Assembly (NCBI GenBank): GCA_021796435.1
Contig: JAJYXM010000016.1
Location: 438,625-502,624 of the forward strand
DNA from: a bacterium
Lineage (GTDB): Bacteria; Patescibacteriota; Patescibacteriia; 2-12-FULL-60-25
Length of the DNA stretch: 64,000 bases
Direction: 5' to 3'
Shown: in pieces, positions 17,086-27,100 of the stretch
Position numbering within the stretch: the first letter of the stretch is position 1
Layout of the letters: each line of letters opens with the position of its first letter
Notes under the pieces: model-generated
Told to the model about the DNA's origin: nothing
The model's input: only the letters and a program-made list of their open reading frames with translations
Databases searched by the model: none
Made by a program: the position numbers and the translations under genes

Positions 17086-17679
17086 ATGGCAAATCTCGTA
17101 GATAAATACCTGTTGTACCGCCTTAAGATTGCGCGGGATCCGGAAGCGTTTGCCAAAATTTATGACCGTTACGTGGAAGCGATTTATCGTTTCGCTTTTT
17201 TGAAATTGCCGAGCAAAGAGGACGCGCAAGACATTACGCATGAGACCTTCACCAAGGCCTGGCAGTACATCAACGAAAACAATGAGATAGCGAATATCAA
17301 GGCTTTGTTGTATCGGATAGCCAGGAACCTGATTATCGATAAATATCGCCAAAGAGGAAAAGAAATCAGCGTCCAGTCTGTAACGTTTGACGATGCCGTG
17401 GCGTCTACTTATATACAGGCGCAGGACAGCGACAAGGGCGCGGCAGAGGAAGCGATGCGTAGCGGTGCCGAAGTGGCTTTGCTTCTGCGGAAGATACGTA
17501 TCCTGAAGGAAGACTACCGTGACGTATTGAGCCTGAGGCTGGTGGATGGGTTGTCGTTCGGCCTGATCGCGACGATCCTGGAGAAGAATCCGGGTCATGT
17601 GAGGGTCATCTACCATAGGGCATTGAAAGCGCTGAAAGAGCATGAACAAAGAAGCGACAAAACAGCTGGACAAGATTAA
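17086..17679 (+). CDS. RNA polymerase sigma-70 factor, ECF subfamily
   Basis: Region 2 is IYDRYVEAIYRFAFLKLPSKEDAQDITHETFTKAW. Region 4 is DYRDVLSLRLVDGLSFGLIATILEKNPGHVRVIYHRALKAL. Confidence 0.85.
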   Translation: MANLVDKYLLYRLKIARDPEAFAKIYDRYVEAIYRFAFLKLPSKEDAQDITHETFTKAWQYINENNEIANIKALLYRIARNLIIDKYRQRGKEISVQSVTFDDAVASTYIQAQDSDKGAAEEAMRSGAEVALLLRKIRILKEDYRDVLSLRLVDGLSFGLIATILEKNPGHVRVIYHRALKALKEHEQRSDKTAGQD

Positions 17680-18769
17680 GCTGATGAGACAGTCGATCAA
17701 GCCGGATACGGCTTGGGTTAAGGAAACCCGAGCCACTATTTTGATGCAGGTCAAAAACACTTTGCCGACCAAGAAAGATGCTTGGAGCAAGAAGTTGGGT
17801 CAGGTCTATGGATTCATTTTCCCGCAAGAGATTTTCACTTGGGTAAGCCGTCCGGTGCTGGCTGGCCTAGCTTTGATCCTGGTGGTTGCAGGTGGATCCA
17901 TCATGTCTGTATCGGCTGCGGAAAAATCCTTACCTGGAGATTTTCTGTATGGCCTCAAATTAGCTTCGGAACAAGCGCGGATAGTCATGACCGGACCGAA
18001 GGAGGATAAGCTCAAGCTGAAGACGGAATTCACGTCACGTCGTATCGATGAGCTGAAGCAAGTGGTCAGCATGCCGAACGGCGATACGAAAGATAAGGTC
18101 GTGCAGGTCGCAGAGATCCTGAAGCACGACGTGAAGACCTTGAAGGATCAGTTGAACGATGTGGCACAGAGCGCATCACCGGACGCTACGGCGGCAGCCG
18201 CGAAGATGGTGGACAAACAATCGAACGAAGTCATAGCGGTTTTACGTGATGCTAAAGACAGCCTGCCTCCGGAAGATAAAGAGAAGGTCACGGAAGCGCA
18301 ATCCGCAGCGGCTGATACCGGAGTAAAGGCAATAGAAGTCATGGCGGAAAAGAACCAAGAGTCGGAAGACGTGTTCCCGGCCTCTGACCTGGTCCAGGCG
18401 ATGCAGGATCACGCGAAGATCGTGACGGAAGTCACGCAACTCGATCAACCCCTGGAGTTCGCGACAGGAGCGTCGGGGACGCCTTCGATGGCTTCTTCGA
18501 CTCTGAACATGTTGGCGAATTCCTTGAACTCATCATCCACAGTAGCCGGTCTGCCTGAACTTCTGGATAAGATGAAGGACGAGACGACACAAGCTTTCGC
18601 TCTGCAGAAGACTAAGGACCAACTGGCTGCCGCATCCTCAAGCCAGTCCGGCGTCACGGACGGGTCGTTCGACGAAGGGGAGCAGGCTGTGACATCTTCC
18701 GGTACACAGAGCACTGATGAAGCGGTGGCGTCTTCGAGCAGCGAAAGTGCTGCTTCCGGAACGCAGTAG
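17642..18769 (+). CDS. Putative anti-sigma factor / DUF5667-like membrane protein co-transcribed with the ECF sigma
   Basis: It overlaps the sigma gene by 38 nt. It has a cytoplasmic N-terminus, one TM helix (VLAGLALILVVAGGSIMSV) and a helical extracytoplasmic domain. The DUF5667 assignment is from memory of CPR sigma operons and is unverified. Confidence 0.45.
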   Translation: MNKEATKQLDKIKLMRQSIKPDTAWVKETRATILMQVKNTLPTKKDAWSKKLGQVYGFIFPQEIFTWVSRPVLAGLALILVVAGGSIMSVSAAEKSLPGDFLYGLKLASEQARIVMTGPKEDKLKLKTEFTSRRIDELKQVVSMPNGDTKDKVVQVAEILKHDVKTLKDQLNDVAQSASPDATAAAAKMVDKQSNEVIAVLRDAKDSLPPEDKEKVTEAQSAAADTGVKAIEVMAEKNQESEDVFPASDLVQAMQDHAKIVTEVTQLDQPLEFATGASGTPSMASSTLNMLANSLNSSSTVAGLPELLDKMKDETTQAFALQKTKDQLAAASSSQSGVTDGSFDEGEQAVTSSGTQSTDEAVASSSSESAASGTQ

Positions 18770-19052
18770 GAAACTCCGTAAGTTCTTACGCCTCGCAGGG
18801 TGTCTGTCTCTCGTTGACGGACATCCTGACGGGCGGGGGATGTACCTCCAGAGATTCGTTCGCGTCATGCGCGTTCCGGTCTCGGGAGGAATCAAATCCA
18901 CACGTCCGCTCGTTTGCACACATTCGAGCCAGCCGTAAAGGTCGTCCCCGATGCTTGTCGGGGGGCATGGCAAAATTATTCATCTCCCAAGCGTCAACGG
19001 ATTCCACTAGGATCCCTGACGCAAAACAACTCAAACCCTTAACAGGGTTGAT

Positions 19053-22000
19053 ATGAATCAAATGCTTAAAAAGGTTTTTTCGACCTTCGTCTCCTTGACC
19101 ACCATCGTCTGGTCAGTTGGGATCGGCACTCTGGTCATGCCTGGCATGGCTTCAGCTGCTACCTTGACTGCCGGTGATTTGATCAAGGCATCAGGTCCCG
19201 CGGTGTATTACTACGCCGCCGACGGGATGCGCTATGTCTTCCCGAATGAAAAGACTTACTTCTCTTGGTATAACGATTTCTCCGCGGTGAAAACGATCAC
19301 TGATTCGGAACTCGCTGCTATCTCTATGGGTAGCATCAACGTTACGATGAGGCCAGGTACCAAGCTGGTAAAGATCACCACCGATCCTAAGGTGTACGCC
19401 GTCACTAAGTGCGGCACCTTGCACTGGCTCGAATCCGAGGCAGTCGCCAAGGCTCTCTACGGAGATGCTTGGGCAACTCGCGTCGTTGACGTGCCGGATG
19501 CTTACTTCAGCAACTACACTGTAGGTTCTTCGATCTCCACTAACGTCCACCCGGACGGTACGTTGATAACGTATGCTGGTGATACGCATAAATACGTGGT
19601 CTGGAGCGGCGCCAAGCGCATGTTCAGCTCTGACGCAGCTTTCGCTGCCAATGGCTACAATGCCTTGAACGTCATCACCACCACGATCACCTACGGCAAC
19701 GGTTCAGACGTCGCTGGTCGTGAATCCGACCTGGCCGACACGGTCTGTGCGGGCTCCACCCCGGTTACGGGCGCTTTGACGGTGGCTTTGGCCTCCGACA
19801 CTCCAGCTGGTGCCACTGTCCCGAAGAACGCCGCTTCTGTCCCGCTTATTAAGGTTAACCTGACCGCCGGTTCATCCGACGTGATGGTTTCCGGTCTGCG
19901 TTTCCACCGCGTGGGCGTCGGTTCTGCCGCTGATTTCTCGAACGTCTACCTGTACAATCAGGATGGCGTGCGTTTGACCACCGGTCGCACCATCAACTCA
20001 TCGACTAATGTCGTCGAGTTCAACGCTTTGAACCTAACGGTTCCGGCCGGCTCGATGAAGTCCGTATACGTTTACGGTGACTTCTCGTCCCCGACCGATA
20101 CAGGCGGCGAACATGCGTTCGAAGTCCTGGATGCGGCTTCAGTCGTAGTCAGCGGTTCAGCCACGGTTGGCGGTTCATTCCCGGTCCGCGGCAACGTCTT
20201 CGTTGTCGGTACCGTGTCTGCTGGCACCTTGACCGTAACGAAGGGCGCGACACCTGCTAACCCGAACATCGGTGCAGAGCAAGCTGAAGTTTCCAACTTC
20301 AAGCTCACGGCTAACACGAACGACATTTCGGTCAGCCAGGTCACTCTGTATCAGGGCGGCTCTGTCACGAACTCGGATTTAACGAACTTCAAACTGTACC
20401 AGGGCACGACAATGGTGGCCTCGGCCGCTGCTGTCGAATCCAACGGTCGCATCGTCTTGAAGTTTAGTCCGGCTTACACGATCGCTAATGGCACCACTAA
20501 GGTGTTCTCCTTGAAGGCTGATGTTGCTGGCCGCTCCGGTCGCACCATCAAGACCTACATCGAATACACGACTGACGTGACTGCCAAGGATCTGAAGTAC
20601 AATGCTGGCGCAGCTGTCGATATCGGTACCTCCGGTACCTTCGACGGTACAGGCACCAACTACATCGAAGTCACTACCCAAGGCGGGCAGTTGACAAATT
20701 CGTACAACGGTCCTGCGACGGGAAGCTTGTCTAAGGGTCAGTTGGGCGCCACGATGTACAAGTTCGCATTAACCTCACCGGATAACACGCTCGAGATTCG
20801 CAACCTCCGATTCACCATCGAGAAGGTTGCTGGCGCCGGTTGTTACCTCGTCGGTAGCGCTGGCACGGCATACTTCCGCAACATCAAGGTCAAGAACCTC
20901 GATACTGGCGATACTTGGATGGGTCCGAAGGAATTGACGACAACTGGTTATCCATTATCCGCTACCCAGAACCTGGTATTCACTGACACGCAGAACATCT
21001 CTGCTGGTCAGACGCTCAATCTGGCTGTCGTGGCTGACTTGTCCGCTTCTGAAGACGCCGCTGGCGAATTCTTCGCGAACGGCACTTGTCAGTATCGCAT
21101 TAACTTCGTGGCCTTTGGCTCGAATGACGTGCGCATCGTCGACACGGGTGAATATCTCGCCACTTCGAAGATCGTCCCGAATCAGGCCGTCACCGGCAAT
21201 ACGCAGACCGTCAAGGCTTCCCGCCTGACCGTCTCGCTTGCCTCTAACCCAGTCTCCAGCACGCTCGTGAAGAAACAGCAGAACGTCGCGGTCGCTGGTC
21301 TCGTCCTCTCCGCTTCGGCTGAGTCCGACGTTACCGTCACCAACCTGACGCTCGCTGGCCAGGCTGCTCTCGCTTCCGTCAACTCATTTGGCGGTTCCGC
21401 GACAGCTCTCGCCAACTTCTCGCAACGTGTGACTTCATTGGCTTTGTTCGATGGCGACACCCAGGTAGGTCTCGCCAAGGCTCCTGACACCACGACTGGT
21501 AAGGCTCAGATCACCAACATGAATCTGACCATCACGAAGGGCACGACCAAGACCTTGACGGTCAAGGCCTCGTTCTCTTCCACGGCTTCCACCACGTCAC
21601 CTTACGACAAGGTTGCCGTCGGTGTTGCCTCAAGTGACGACATCACTGCGCAGGATGCTGATTCCAACACGGTAACCCCGTCCTTGGATACAGCTGTCAC
21701 CAACCAGGCTACGGGTGCAACCCCGTCAGTTGTCCAAACAATCCTGAACAGCGGTACCATCACGGTCCAGGCTGACGCCCACCCGGTGTCCAACATCGTC
21801 GTGGCCGGCAAGGATGCCTGGGTCTCGTTCGCTCAGTACAAGGCAACTGCCCAGTACGAAAACATCGAAATCGATCGCATCGCCGTTTTGGCCAGCTCGA
21901 CCAACGGTTTGACGGCTGACAGCGCCGATTTCGTCGCTGTAGCAGTCGCCAAGGATGGTGCGGTCATCGGCCAGGATACCTTCTCCTCTGGTGCCACAAG

Positions 22001-22955
22001 CTCCAAGGATATCGATCTGTCGGCCAACAAGATCACTGTGCCGAAAGATGGTTCCGTCCAGTTCCAGGTTTGGGCTAAGCTTTCTAACGTCCAGGCTTCC
22101 GGTTCTGTCAGCGGTGCCACCACTGGCGTTGCCCGTTCGGGCCACGCTCCGGCTCTCGGCGTAAACGCGGGTCTTCAGAATAACGATTGGGACTCCAACT
22201 ACGTCGGCATGATGAACATGCGCTCCACGGGCGTCGCTTCCGGTGAACGCGTTTACGCGACCTCCGGTGCTGCTCATGGCAACGCTCAGATTATGCGTAA
22301 GACTCTGCCGGTCGTGACCAAGCAGTCGCTCTCGTCGACTACTTTGTCCGACATCGATCAGGACTTGATGAAGTTCCAGATCTCGGCTGACAGCGCCGGT
22401 TCGGTCGCTTGGAAGCAGGCTGTATTCAGCTTCTCCAAGTCGGCTGCCGTCGCCCTGACCAACTTCAGACTGCGCCGCGGTGCAACTGATATGGATACAG
22501 GTGTCTACGCCATAACAAACGCCACTTCGGGTGCTGACCTCGTGAACGGCAGCCTCGCAGCTGGTGAAAACAGCGGTTACATCGCCGTCTCGTTGAAACC
22601 GGGTCAGGAAGAGTCAATCTCCGGCTCCGGCAACGTGTACACCTTGCACGCCACTGTCTCCGGTTCGGCCGCCGGTACGAACGTCACCTTGTCGTTCTAC
22701 CGCGATCCGACCAATCCGCTTGTCACCGGTTACTTGGTGAACAGCGTAACTTCCGGCATTTTCGCCACAGCCAGTGCGAACATCTTCCACATCGATACAG
22801 CAGTAGCTCCGTCCGGTGCATTCGGTGCGGTCGGTTCGTTCCTGTGGTCTGATGACTCTGAAGTACCGCATTCGGCGGCGGTTCAGACATCACGTGATTG
22901 GACTAATGATCTGTACGTTACGGATCTGTCCCAGTCGCAAACCCTCAGTCGCTAA
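19053..22955 (+). CDS. Giant (1300 aa) secreted Ser/Thr/Ala/Gly-rich cell-surface protein (S-layer/adhesin-like) with three N-terminal ~60-aa repeats and a long beta-rich Ig-like body
   Basis: Signal peptide MNQMLKKVFSTFVSLTTIVWSVGIGTLVMPGMASA. N-terminal repeats are (K)VY..(x)DG..(Y)VFP....F..Y (YYYAADGMRYVFPNEKTYFSWY / KVYAVTKCGTLHWLESEAVAKALY / HKYVVWSGAKRMFSSDAAFAANGY). The rest has no Cys and very high T/S/V/A content. A 283-nt leader precedes the gene. Confidence 0.75.
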   Translation: MNQMLKKVFSTFVSLTTIVWSVGIGTLVMPGMASAATLTAGDLIKASGPAVYYYAADGMRYVFPNEKTYFSWYNDFSAVKTITDSELAAISMGSINVTMRPGTKLVKITTDPKVYAVTKCGTLHWLESEAVAKALYGDAWATRVVDVPDAYFSNYTVGSSISTNVHPDGTLITYAGDTHKYVVWSGAKRMFSSDAAFAANGYNALNVITTTITYGNGSDVAGRESDLADTVCAGSTPVTGALTVALASDTPAGATVPKNAASVPLIKVNLTAGSSDVMVSGLRFHRVGVGSAADFSNVYLYNQDGVRLTTGRTINSSTNVVEFNALNLTVPAGSMKSVYVYGDFSSPTDTGGEHAFEVLDAASVVVSGSATVGGSFPVRGNVFVVGTVSAGTLTVTKGATPANPNIGAEQAEVSNFKLTANTNDISVSQVTLYQGGSVTNSDLTNFKLYQGTTMVASAAAVESNGRIVLKFSPAYTIANGTTKVFSLKADVAGRSGRTIKTYIEYTTDVTAKDLKYNAGAAVDIGTSGTFDGTGTNYIEVTTQGGQLTNSYNGPATGSLSKGQLGATMYKFALTSPDNTLEIRNLRFTIEKVAGAGCYLVGSAGTAYFRNIKVKNLDTGDTWMGPKELTTTGYPLSATQNLVFTDTQNISAGQTLNLAVVADLSASEDAAGEFFANGTCQYRINFVAFGSNDVRIVDTGEYLATSKIVPNQAVTGNTQTVKASRLTVSLASNPVSSTLVKKQQNVAVAGLVLSASAESDVTVTNLTLAGQAALASVNSFGGSATALANFSQRVTSLALFDGDTQVGLAKAPDTTTGKAQITNMNLTITKGTTKTLTVKASFSSTASTTSPYDKVAVGVASSDDITAQDADSNTVTPSLDTAVTNQATGATPSVVQTILNSGTITVQADAHPVSNIVVAGKDAWVSFAQYKATAQYENIEIDRIAVLASSTNGLTADSADFVAVAVAKDGAVIGQDTFSSGATSSKDIDLSANKITVPKDGSVQFQVWAKLSNVQASGSVSGATTGVARSGHAPALGVNAGLQNNDWDSNYVGMMNMRSTGVASGERVYATSGAAHGNAQIMRKTLPVVTKQSLSSTTLSDIDQDLMKFQISADSAGSVAWKQAVFSFSKSAAVALTNFRLRRGATDMDTGVYAITNATSGADLVNGSLAAGENSGYIAVSLKPGQEESISGSGNVYTLHATVSGSAAGTNVTLSFYRDPTNPLVTGYLVNSVTSGIFATASANIFHIDTAVAPSGAFGAVGSFLWSDDSEVPHSAAVQTSRDWTNDLYVTDLSQSQTLSR

Positions 22956-22988
22956 TCCTGAAAGCTACGGCTGAAGGATCGACGCGAT

Positions 22989-23012
22989 GGGGTGCACCTC
23001 GCGGTGCACCCC
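22989..23012 (+). terminator. Stem-loop (ggggtgcac ctcgcg gtgcacccc) 34 nt after the giant ORF; further hairpins follow (cccaaga ttcg tcttggg; ccaaaaccc...gggtttttgg)
   Basis: A perfect 9-bp GC-rich stem. No U-tract immediately follows, so it is terminator-like but not canonical. Confidence 0.35.
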
Positions 23013-23130
23013 AGAGGGTCTGGATCGTTTAGACGGTCCGAATATGGCGCCCAAGATTCGTCTTGGGAACGCTACCAAAACCCGGCCACGTCGCGTTTAA
23101 CGCGATTGCGCTGGGTTTTTGGTATGTGGG

Positions 23131-23290
23131 AGAGATGCTGAAACTATGTTTTCAGCTGCGGGGCTCGTCTAATTTATCTCGAACACATCCTCGCTTGAAA
23201 ACATAGTTTCAGCATCTCTTTGAAGGGAAGGAAATAGGCTGCGGAACTCGGCTGCTAGATTTAATATGGCAGCCTCAGACAGTCCTCGAT
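23131..23290. repeat. Two further copies (one intact, one degenerate) of the 1.4-kb hairpin element family
   Basis: Copy D (23131-23219) has the same conserved core (ctgcggggctcgtctaatttatctcgaacacatcctcg) as copies A-C, but completely different flanking arms (agagatgctgaaactatgttttcagc / gcttgaaaacatagtttcagcatctct) that are again mutually complementary. Degenerate copy D' lies at about 23236-23290 (aggctgcggaactcgg...cagtcctcgatc) with arms aggctgc/gcagcct. Purine-rich gaagggaaggaaa spacers recur. Confidence 0.8.
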
Positions 23291-23459
23291 CCCAAAAAGT
23301 CTAACTTTCAGCCTTGAAGAGGGAAGGAAAGGAATTGAATAGGAATCGTTTATTTTAATTTTTTGAGAAGGCACATTTTTTGCATACCAGCTACTAGCTA
23401 CTAAATACTAACAACTAAATACCAGCCCCACCCCTAGCTCCCTTTACCCCGCTTATGTT

Positions 23460-25850
23460 ATGCTAAAGCCCGCTATGAATAGACAAACGTCAGTCAATGT
23501 TTTAAAGGCTATTAGTTATGTGGGCATATATGGCGGGTTGTTGCTGCCGTTGGTTTTTGTCCCGGTCGTGATATTCCCGTTCGTGTTCTCAAAACTGATT
23601 TTTTTTCAGGTGTTGATCGGCCTGACTTTTCCGGCGTACATTGCCTTGGCTTGGGCTGAGCCTAAATTCCGGCCGCGCTGGTCTCCTTTATATATAGCGA
23701 TTGTCGCTTATTTCTTGGCCGTCGGTCTATCGGTGATCTTCGCTGTTGATGTGCAGCGCGCCTGGTGGGGTAACCAGGAACGCATGAATGGGTTATTCAC
23801 GGTGTTGCATTTCTTTTTGTGGTTCACGATGGCGAGCGGAGTCTTGCGTTCTTGGGTACAGTGGAAAAAAGTCTTGATATATGAAGTGGCTCTTTCCGGA
23901 ATCATGGCGAGCGTCGCATTGCTTCAGCTGGTCTATCCCGCACTGCTCAAGTTCCCGGCAGGACCCCGTGTAGGCGGGTTGCTCGATAATCCGATATACA
24001 TGGCGGGTTATCAGATATTCAATCTGATGTTCATAGGTCTGTTGTGGATGAAGGTAAAGAATCGAGCGTTCAGGCTGTTCCTGATAGCCATGGCCTTATT
24101 GGACATGGGCGCTTTCATCGCGGCCCAATCGCGCGGTGCGCTGGTCGGGTTGTTCGTGGCGATCGGCGTCTTCAGCATCACTTATGCGCTGCTCACGCCG
24201 AACAAAAAGACCAAGTTCGCGGTGTTAGGCATAGCTGCTTTCGCGGTCATAAGTTACGGCATCGTGTTCGCTTTCAAGGATACGGAATTCATCATGAATA
24301 CGCCGCTGCACCGATTTACCGATTTGTCGGGTACCACAGAGACGCGTTTCATCGCATGGGACATAGGTTGGCATGGATTCCTGGAGCGACCTTTGACCGG
24401 CTGGGGATTCGATGATTTCCATATCTTGTTCAATAAAAAATATCAGCCCAAGTCCCTGGAATACGGCTATTACGAGACATGGTTCGATCGAGCGCATAAT
24501 ACCGTAATCGACATGCTATCCATGACCGGAATCTTCGGCTTCCTCACTTTCTTCGGGATTTTCGCGGCATTATATTACATCGTCATCAGAGCATATCGTC
24601 GTGGCTGGATAGATATCCCTTTGGCGAGCGTCTTCATTGGCCTACCTTTGGGTTATTTCGTGCAGAATCTGTTCGTTTTCGATCAGCCGGCTGGTTTCAC
24701 CATGAGCTATCTGATGTTCGCCATCGTAGCGAGCATGGCTTATCCGGATTTCGCAGGGAGTAAAGCCGAACCGGTTGAGAAGGCAACGGAGAAGACGACG
24801 GCACAGATAAAGCCGGTCCCTTGGATAGCGTTCGGATTGATCCAGTTGGTGGCGCTATTCATCGTCTATCGCACGTCCGTCTTGCCTGCCGAGGCATCGT
24901 ATTACACCATAAAGTCGAATAATTATTTCATGGGGCGAGCATTCGACGTCGCCTTGATGTATGCGCAGAAGGCAGCGGTGATCCCTACGCCATATCTGGA
25001 TGAACAGACATTCCTGCAGTCCCGCAACCTGATCACCCTGGACGAATCGGGACAGATCGACCAGTTCAAGAATTGGAGGACCTGGTACAGCCTGATCATC
25101 GACCTGAACGAGAAATATCTTAAGGATCACCCCGATAATACGAATCCTCTGTTCATATACGCAAGATTCCTGCACGCCATGTCGAAATATTATCCGGAGG
25201 ATACAGCGAAGGCAGAAGCGGAGTATAAGGAAGCGATAAGGACGAGTCCGGAACGTCAGCAGCTGTATTATAGCTTGGCACGGTTCTATCTGGAGAAAGG
25301 CAGGAAACAAGAAGGTCTTGATGCGTTCAAGCAAGCATTGGAGTTCGACACGAAAATCGGCGAAAGCCATTGGTATGTGGGCTTGTCGGAACTGTACGAT
25401 TTCGGCCAACGCGAAGAAGGCGCCAAAGAGATCGCGGAAGCGTTCAAGGTCATCTCGCCTTATCAGCTCAAAGATGTGAGGGAGGCGGTCGCCGCGGCTG
25501 ATGCTTATTCGATATTAGGCGATAAGCAGGGCATGCAGGCCTTGATACCAAAATTGCCCAACTTGACCGGCGGGAGCGTCCCTTTTTATCTGGAGATCGC
25601 CAGGTCTTGCGAGAAGTTGGACATGATAGAAGAGCGCAACTTGATATTAGGCGCTCTACAAAAGGCTGACCCGACTTTGGGTCCGAGGTTGGAACCGTTA
25701 CAGAACGGCTCAGCGACATCGATAGACGACAGTTTGAAGATAACCGAAGCTGAGGCACAGGCTGCAGCAGCGGCGGCTCAGGCACAGACTTCGGTCTCCA
25801 GTACAGTGCCGGTCGAAACAAACTCGAGCGCCGCAGGGCCGAGGAAATAG
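23460..25850 (+). CDS. O-antigen ligase/Wzy-like polytopic membrane domain fused to a C-terminal TPR-repeat domain
   Basis: About 12 TM helices, then AQSRGALVGLFVAIGVF (Wzy_C-like). C-terminal TPR-like helices are AEAEYKEAIRTSPERQQLYYSLARFYLEKGRKQEGLDAFKQALEFD. Confidence 0.6.
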   Translation: MLKPAMNRQTSVNVLKAISYVGIYGGLLLPLVFVPVVIFPFVFSKLIFFQVLIGLTFPAYIALAWAEPKFRPRWSPLYIAIVAYFLAVGLSVIFAVDVQRAWWGNQERMNGLFTVLHFFLWFTMASGVLRSWVQWKKVLIYEVALSGIMASVALLQLVYPALLKFPAGPRVGGLLDNPIYMAGYQIFNLMFIGLLWMKVKNRAFRLFLIAMALLDMGAFIAAQSRGALVGLFVAIGVFSITYALLTPNKKTKFAVLGIAAFAVISYGIVFAFKDTEFIMNTPLHRFTDLSGTTETRFIAWDIGWHGFLERPLTGWGFDDFHILFNKKYQPKSLEYGYYETWFDRAHNTVIDMLSMTGIFGFLTFFGIFAALYYIVIRAYRRGWIDIPLASVFIGLPLGYFVQNLFVFDQPAGFTMSYLMFAIVASMAYPDFAGSKAEPVEKATEKTTAQIKPVPWIAFGLIQLVALFIVYRTSVLPAEASYYTIKSNNYFMGRAFDVALMYAQKAAVIPTPYLDEQTFLQSRNLITLDESGQIDQFKNWRTWYSLIIDLNEKYLKDHPDNTNPLFIYARFLHAMSKYYPEDTAKAEAEYKEAIRTSPERQQLYYSLARFYLEKGRKQEGLDAFKQALEFDTKIGESHWYVGLSELYDFGQREEGAKEIAEAFKVISPYQLKDVREAVAAADAYSILGDKQGMQALIPKLPNLTGGSVPFYLEIARSCEKLDMIEERNLILGALQKADPTLGPRLEPLQNGSATSIDDSLKITEAEAQAAAAAAQAQTSVSSTVPVETNSSAAGPRK

Positions 25851-25885
25851 TAAGGGAAGGCGCTTTAGCGGACGATATCCGAGAT

Positions 25886-27100
25886 TTAGACGTCGGTTTT
25901 ACCCATGAGCGCATCACGGTTGCCTGCGTAAGTGTTTGCCCAGCGGAAATATTTTTCGACGATCAGCGGACCAGCATGAGCCAGCTCCGCTGATTCGTTT
26001 ACGTCATCCAAAATGTGCCGCATCGCGTCGGTGATATCCTCCGTTTTTTCTGGCCCGACGATGATGGCGGCTGATGGACCATCATCTTGTTTCGTCATCC
26101 AGCGGTTAGCGCCGACGTCAGTAGCGATGATGGGTATGCCGGAAGACATGGCCTCGAGCAAGGTCCAGGGCATACCTTCCTTTACGGAAGGCAGGACGAA
26201 AGAATCGAAGGCGCGATATAGCTCGTTCGCGTCTTCGCGTTGGCCGGTCAGGATTACGCGTTCCAGCTTCAGCGTTTCGCGTTTGATCTTCAGCTTCCCG
26301 AATTCAGGGCCATCGCCGATTATCACGAAGCGGCAGCCGGGAAATTCATCATGGATCGGTTTCAGGGCATCCAAGTAGGCGAGAAGGTTCTTGGTGGCGT
26401 AGGCGTTGGCGATGGTGCCGAACACGTATGCGTCAGACGGAATACCTAAACGCCTACGCGCCTCATCACGCGTAAAAAGGTGTTGCGTAAACTTATCCGA
26501 CAAGCCATTAGGCACAGTGATGATCTTTCCGCGAGGAAGGAACCCTAGGCGATGGGCCAACTCCTCATCGCCAGGGTGGACGGTGATGATGACATCCTTG
26601 TATCTCGCCGAAATTTTTTCGGCCTCGCGATAGATCCAGCTTTTCCAACGTGGCAGCGGCTCCAGGAAAGACCAGCCACCTATGCGATATACGACACGCG
26701 GTTTTGCTGTTGATGCTCTGGCCGCTAGACTGCCGATGACTCCCATCTTGGAACTGTTCAGGTGGATCGCTTGAGGCCTGAAAGTGTCGATGAGCTTTTT
26801 TATTTCGCGGTATGCGAGATAATCCTGGATAGGATTTATTTCGCGCCTCATGTGTTTCAAACGTACAGTCCGTAAACCGGCATCCTGCGCGGCGCGCCAT
26901 AATTTGCCGTCACCGCCGGCGGCCAATGTGACTTCAAAACCATCTGATGACAACGATGCAGCGAAATTGACCAAAAAAGATTGGACCCCGCCCCAGTCAG
27001 CTTGGGTGACCAGGAGTAAAATTCTTGGCTTGGCATTTTCTTCCATCTTGGCGAGTGCCATATTTAGGGTTAACATAGCTAAATCACCGGAAAAATACAA
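25886..27100 (-). CDS. GT4 glycosyltransferase, divergently oriented to the downstream asnB-like gene
   Basis: N-terminal ILLLVTQADWGGVQSF and C-terminal VLPSVKEGMPWTLLEAMSSGIPIIATDVG. The start is uncertain: alternative in-frame ATGs lie at 27076 (preceded by ggtga), 27061 and 27046. Confidence 0.7.
   Translation of the reverse strand: MYFSGDLAMLTLNMALAKMEENAKPRILLLVTQADWGGVQSFLVNFAASLSSDGFEVTLAAGGDGKLWRAAQDAGLRTVRLKHMRREINPIQDYLAYREIKKLIDTFRPQAIHLNSSKMGVIGSLAARASTAKPRVVYRIGGWSFLEPLPRWKSWIYREAEKISARYKDVIITVHPGDEELAHRLGFLPRGKIITVPNGLSDKFTQHLFTRDEARRRLGIPSDAYVFGTIANAYATKNLLAYLDALKPIHDEFPGCRFVIIGDGPEFGKLKIKRETLKLERVILTGQREDANELYRAFDSFVLPSVKEGMPWTLLEAMSSGIPIIATDVGANRWMTKQDDGPSAAIIVGPEKTEDITDAMRHILDDVNESAELAHAGPLIVEKYFRWANTYAGNRDALMGKTDV

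Noticed and set aside
18770-19052. Possibility that the leader of the giant gene encodes a known ncRNA (SRP RNA, 6S, riboswitch)
   Set aside because: No conserved SRP domain IV, 6S bubble or riboswitch core could be recognised by eye. It is retained only as a structured 5' UTR hypothesis.
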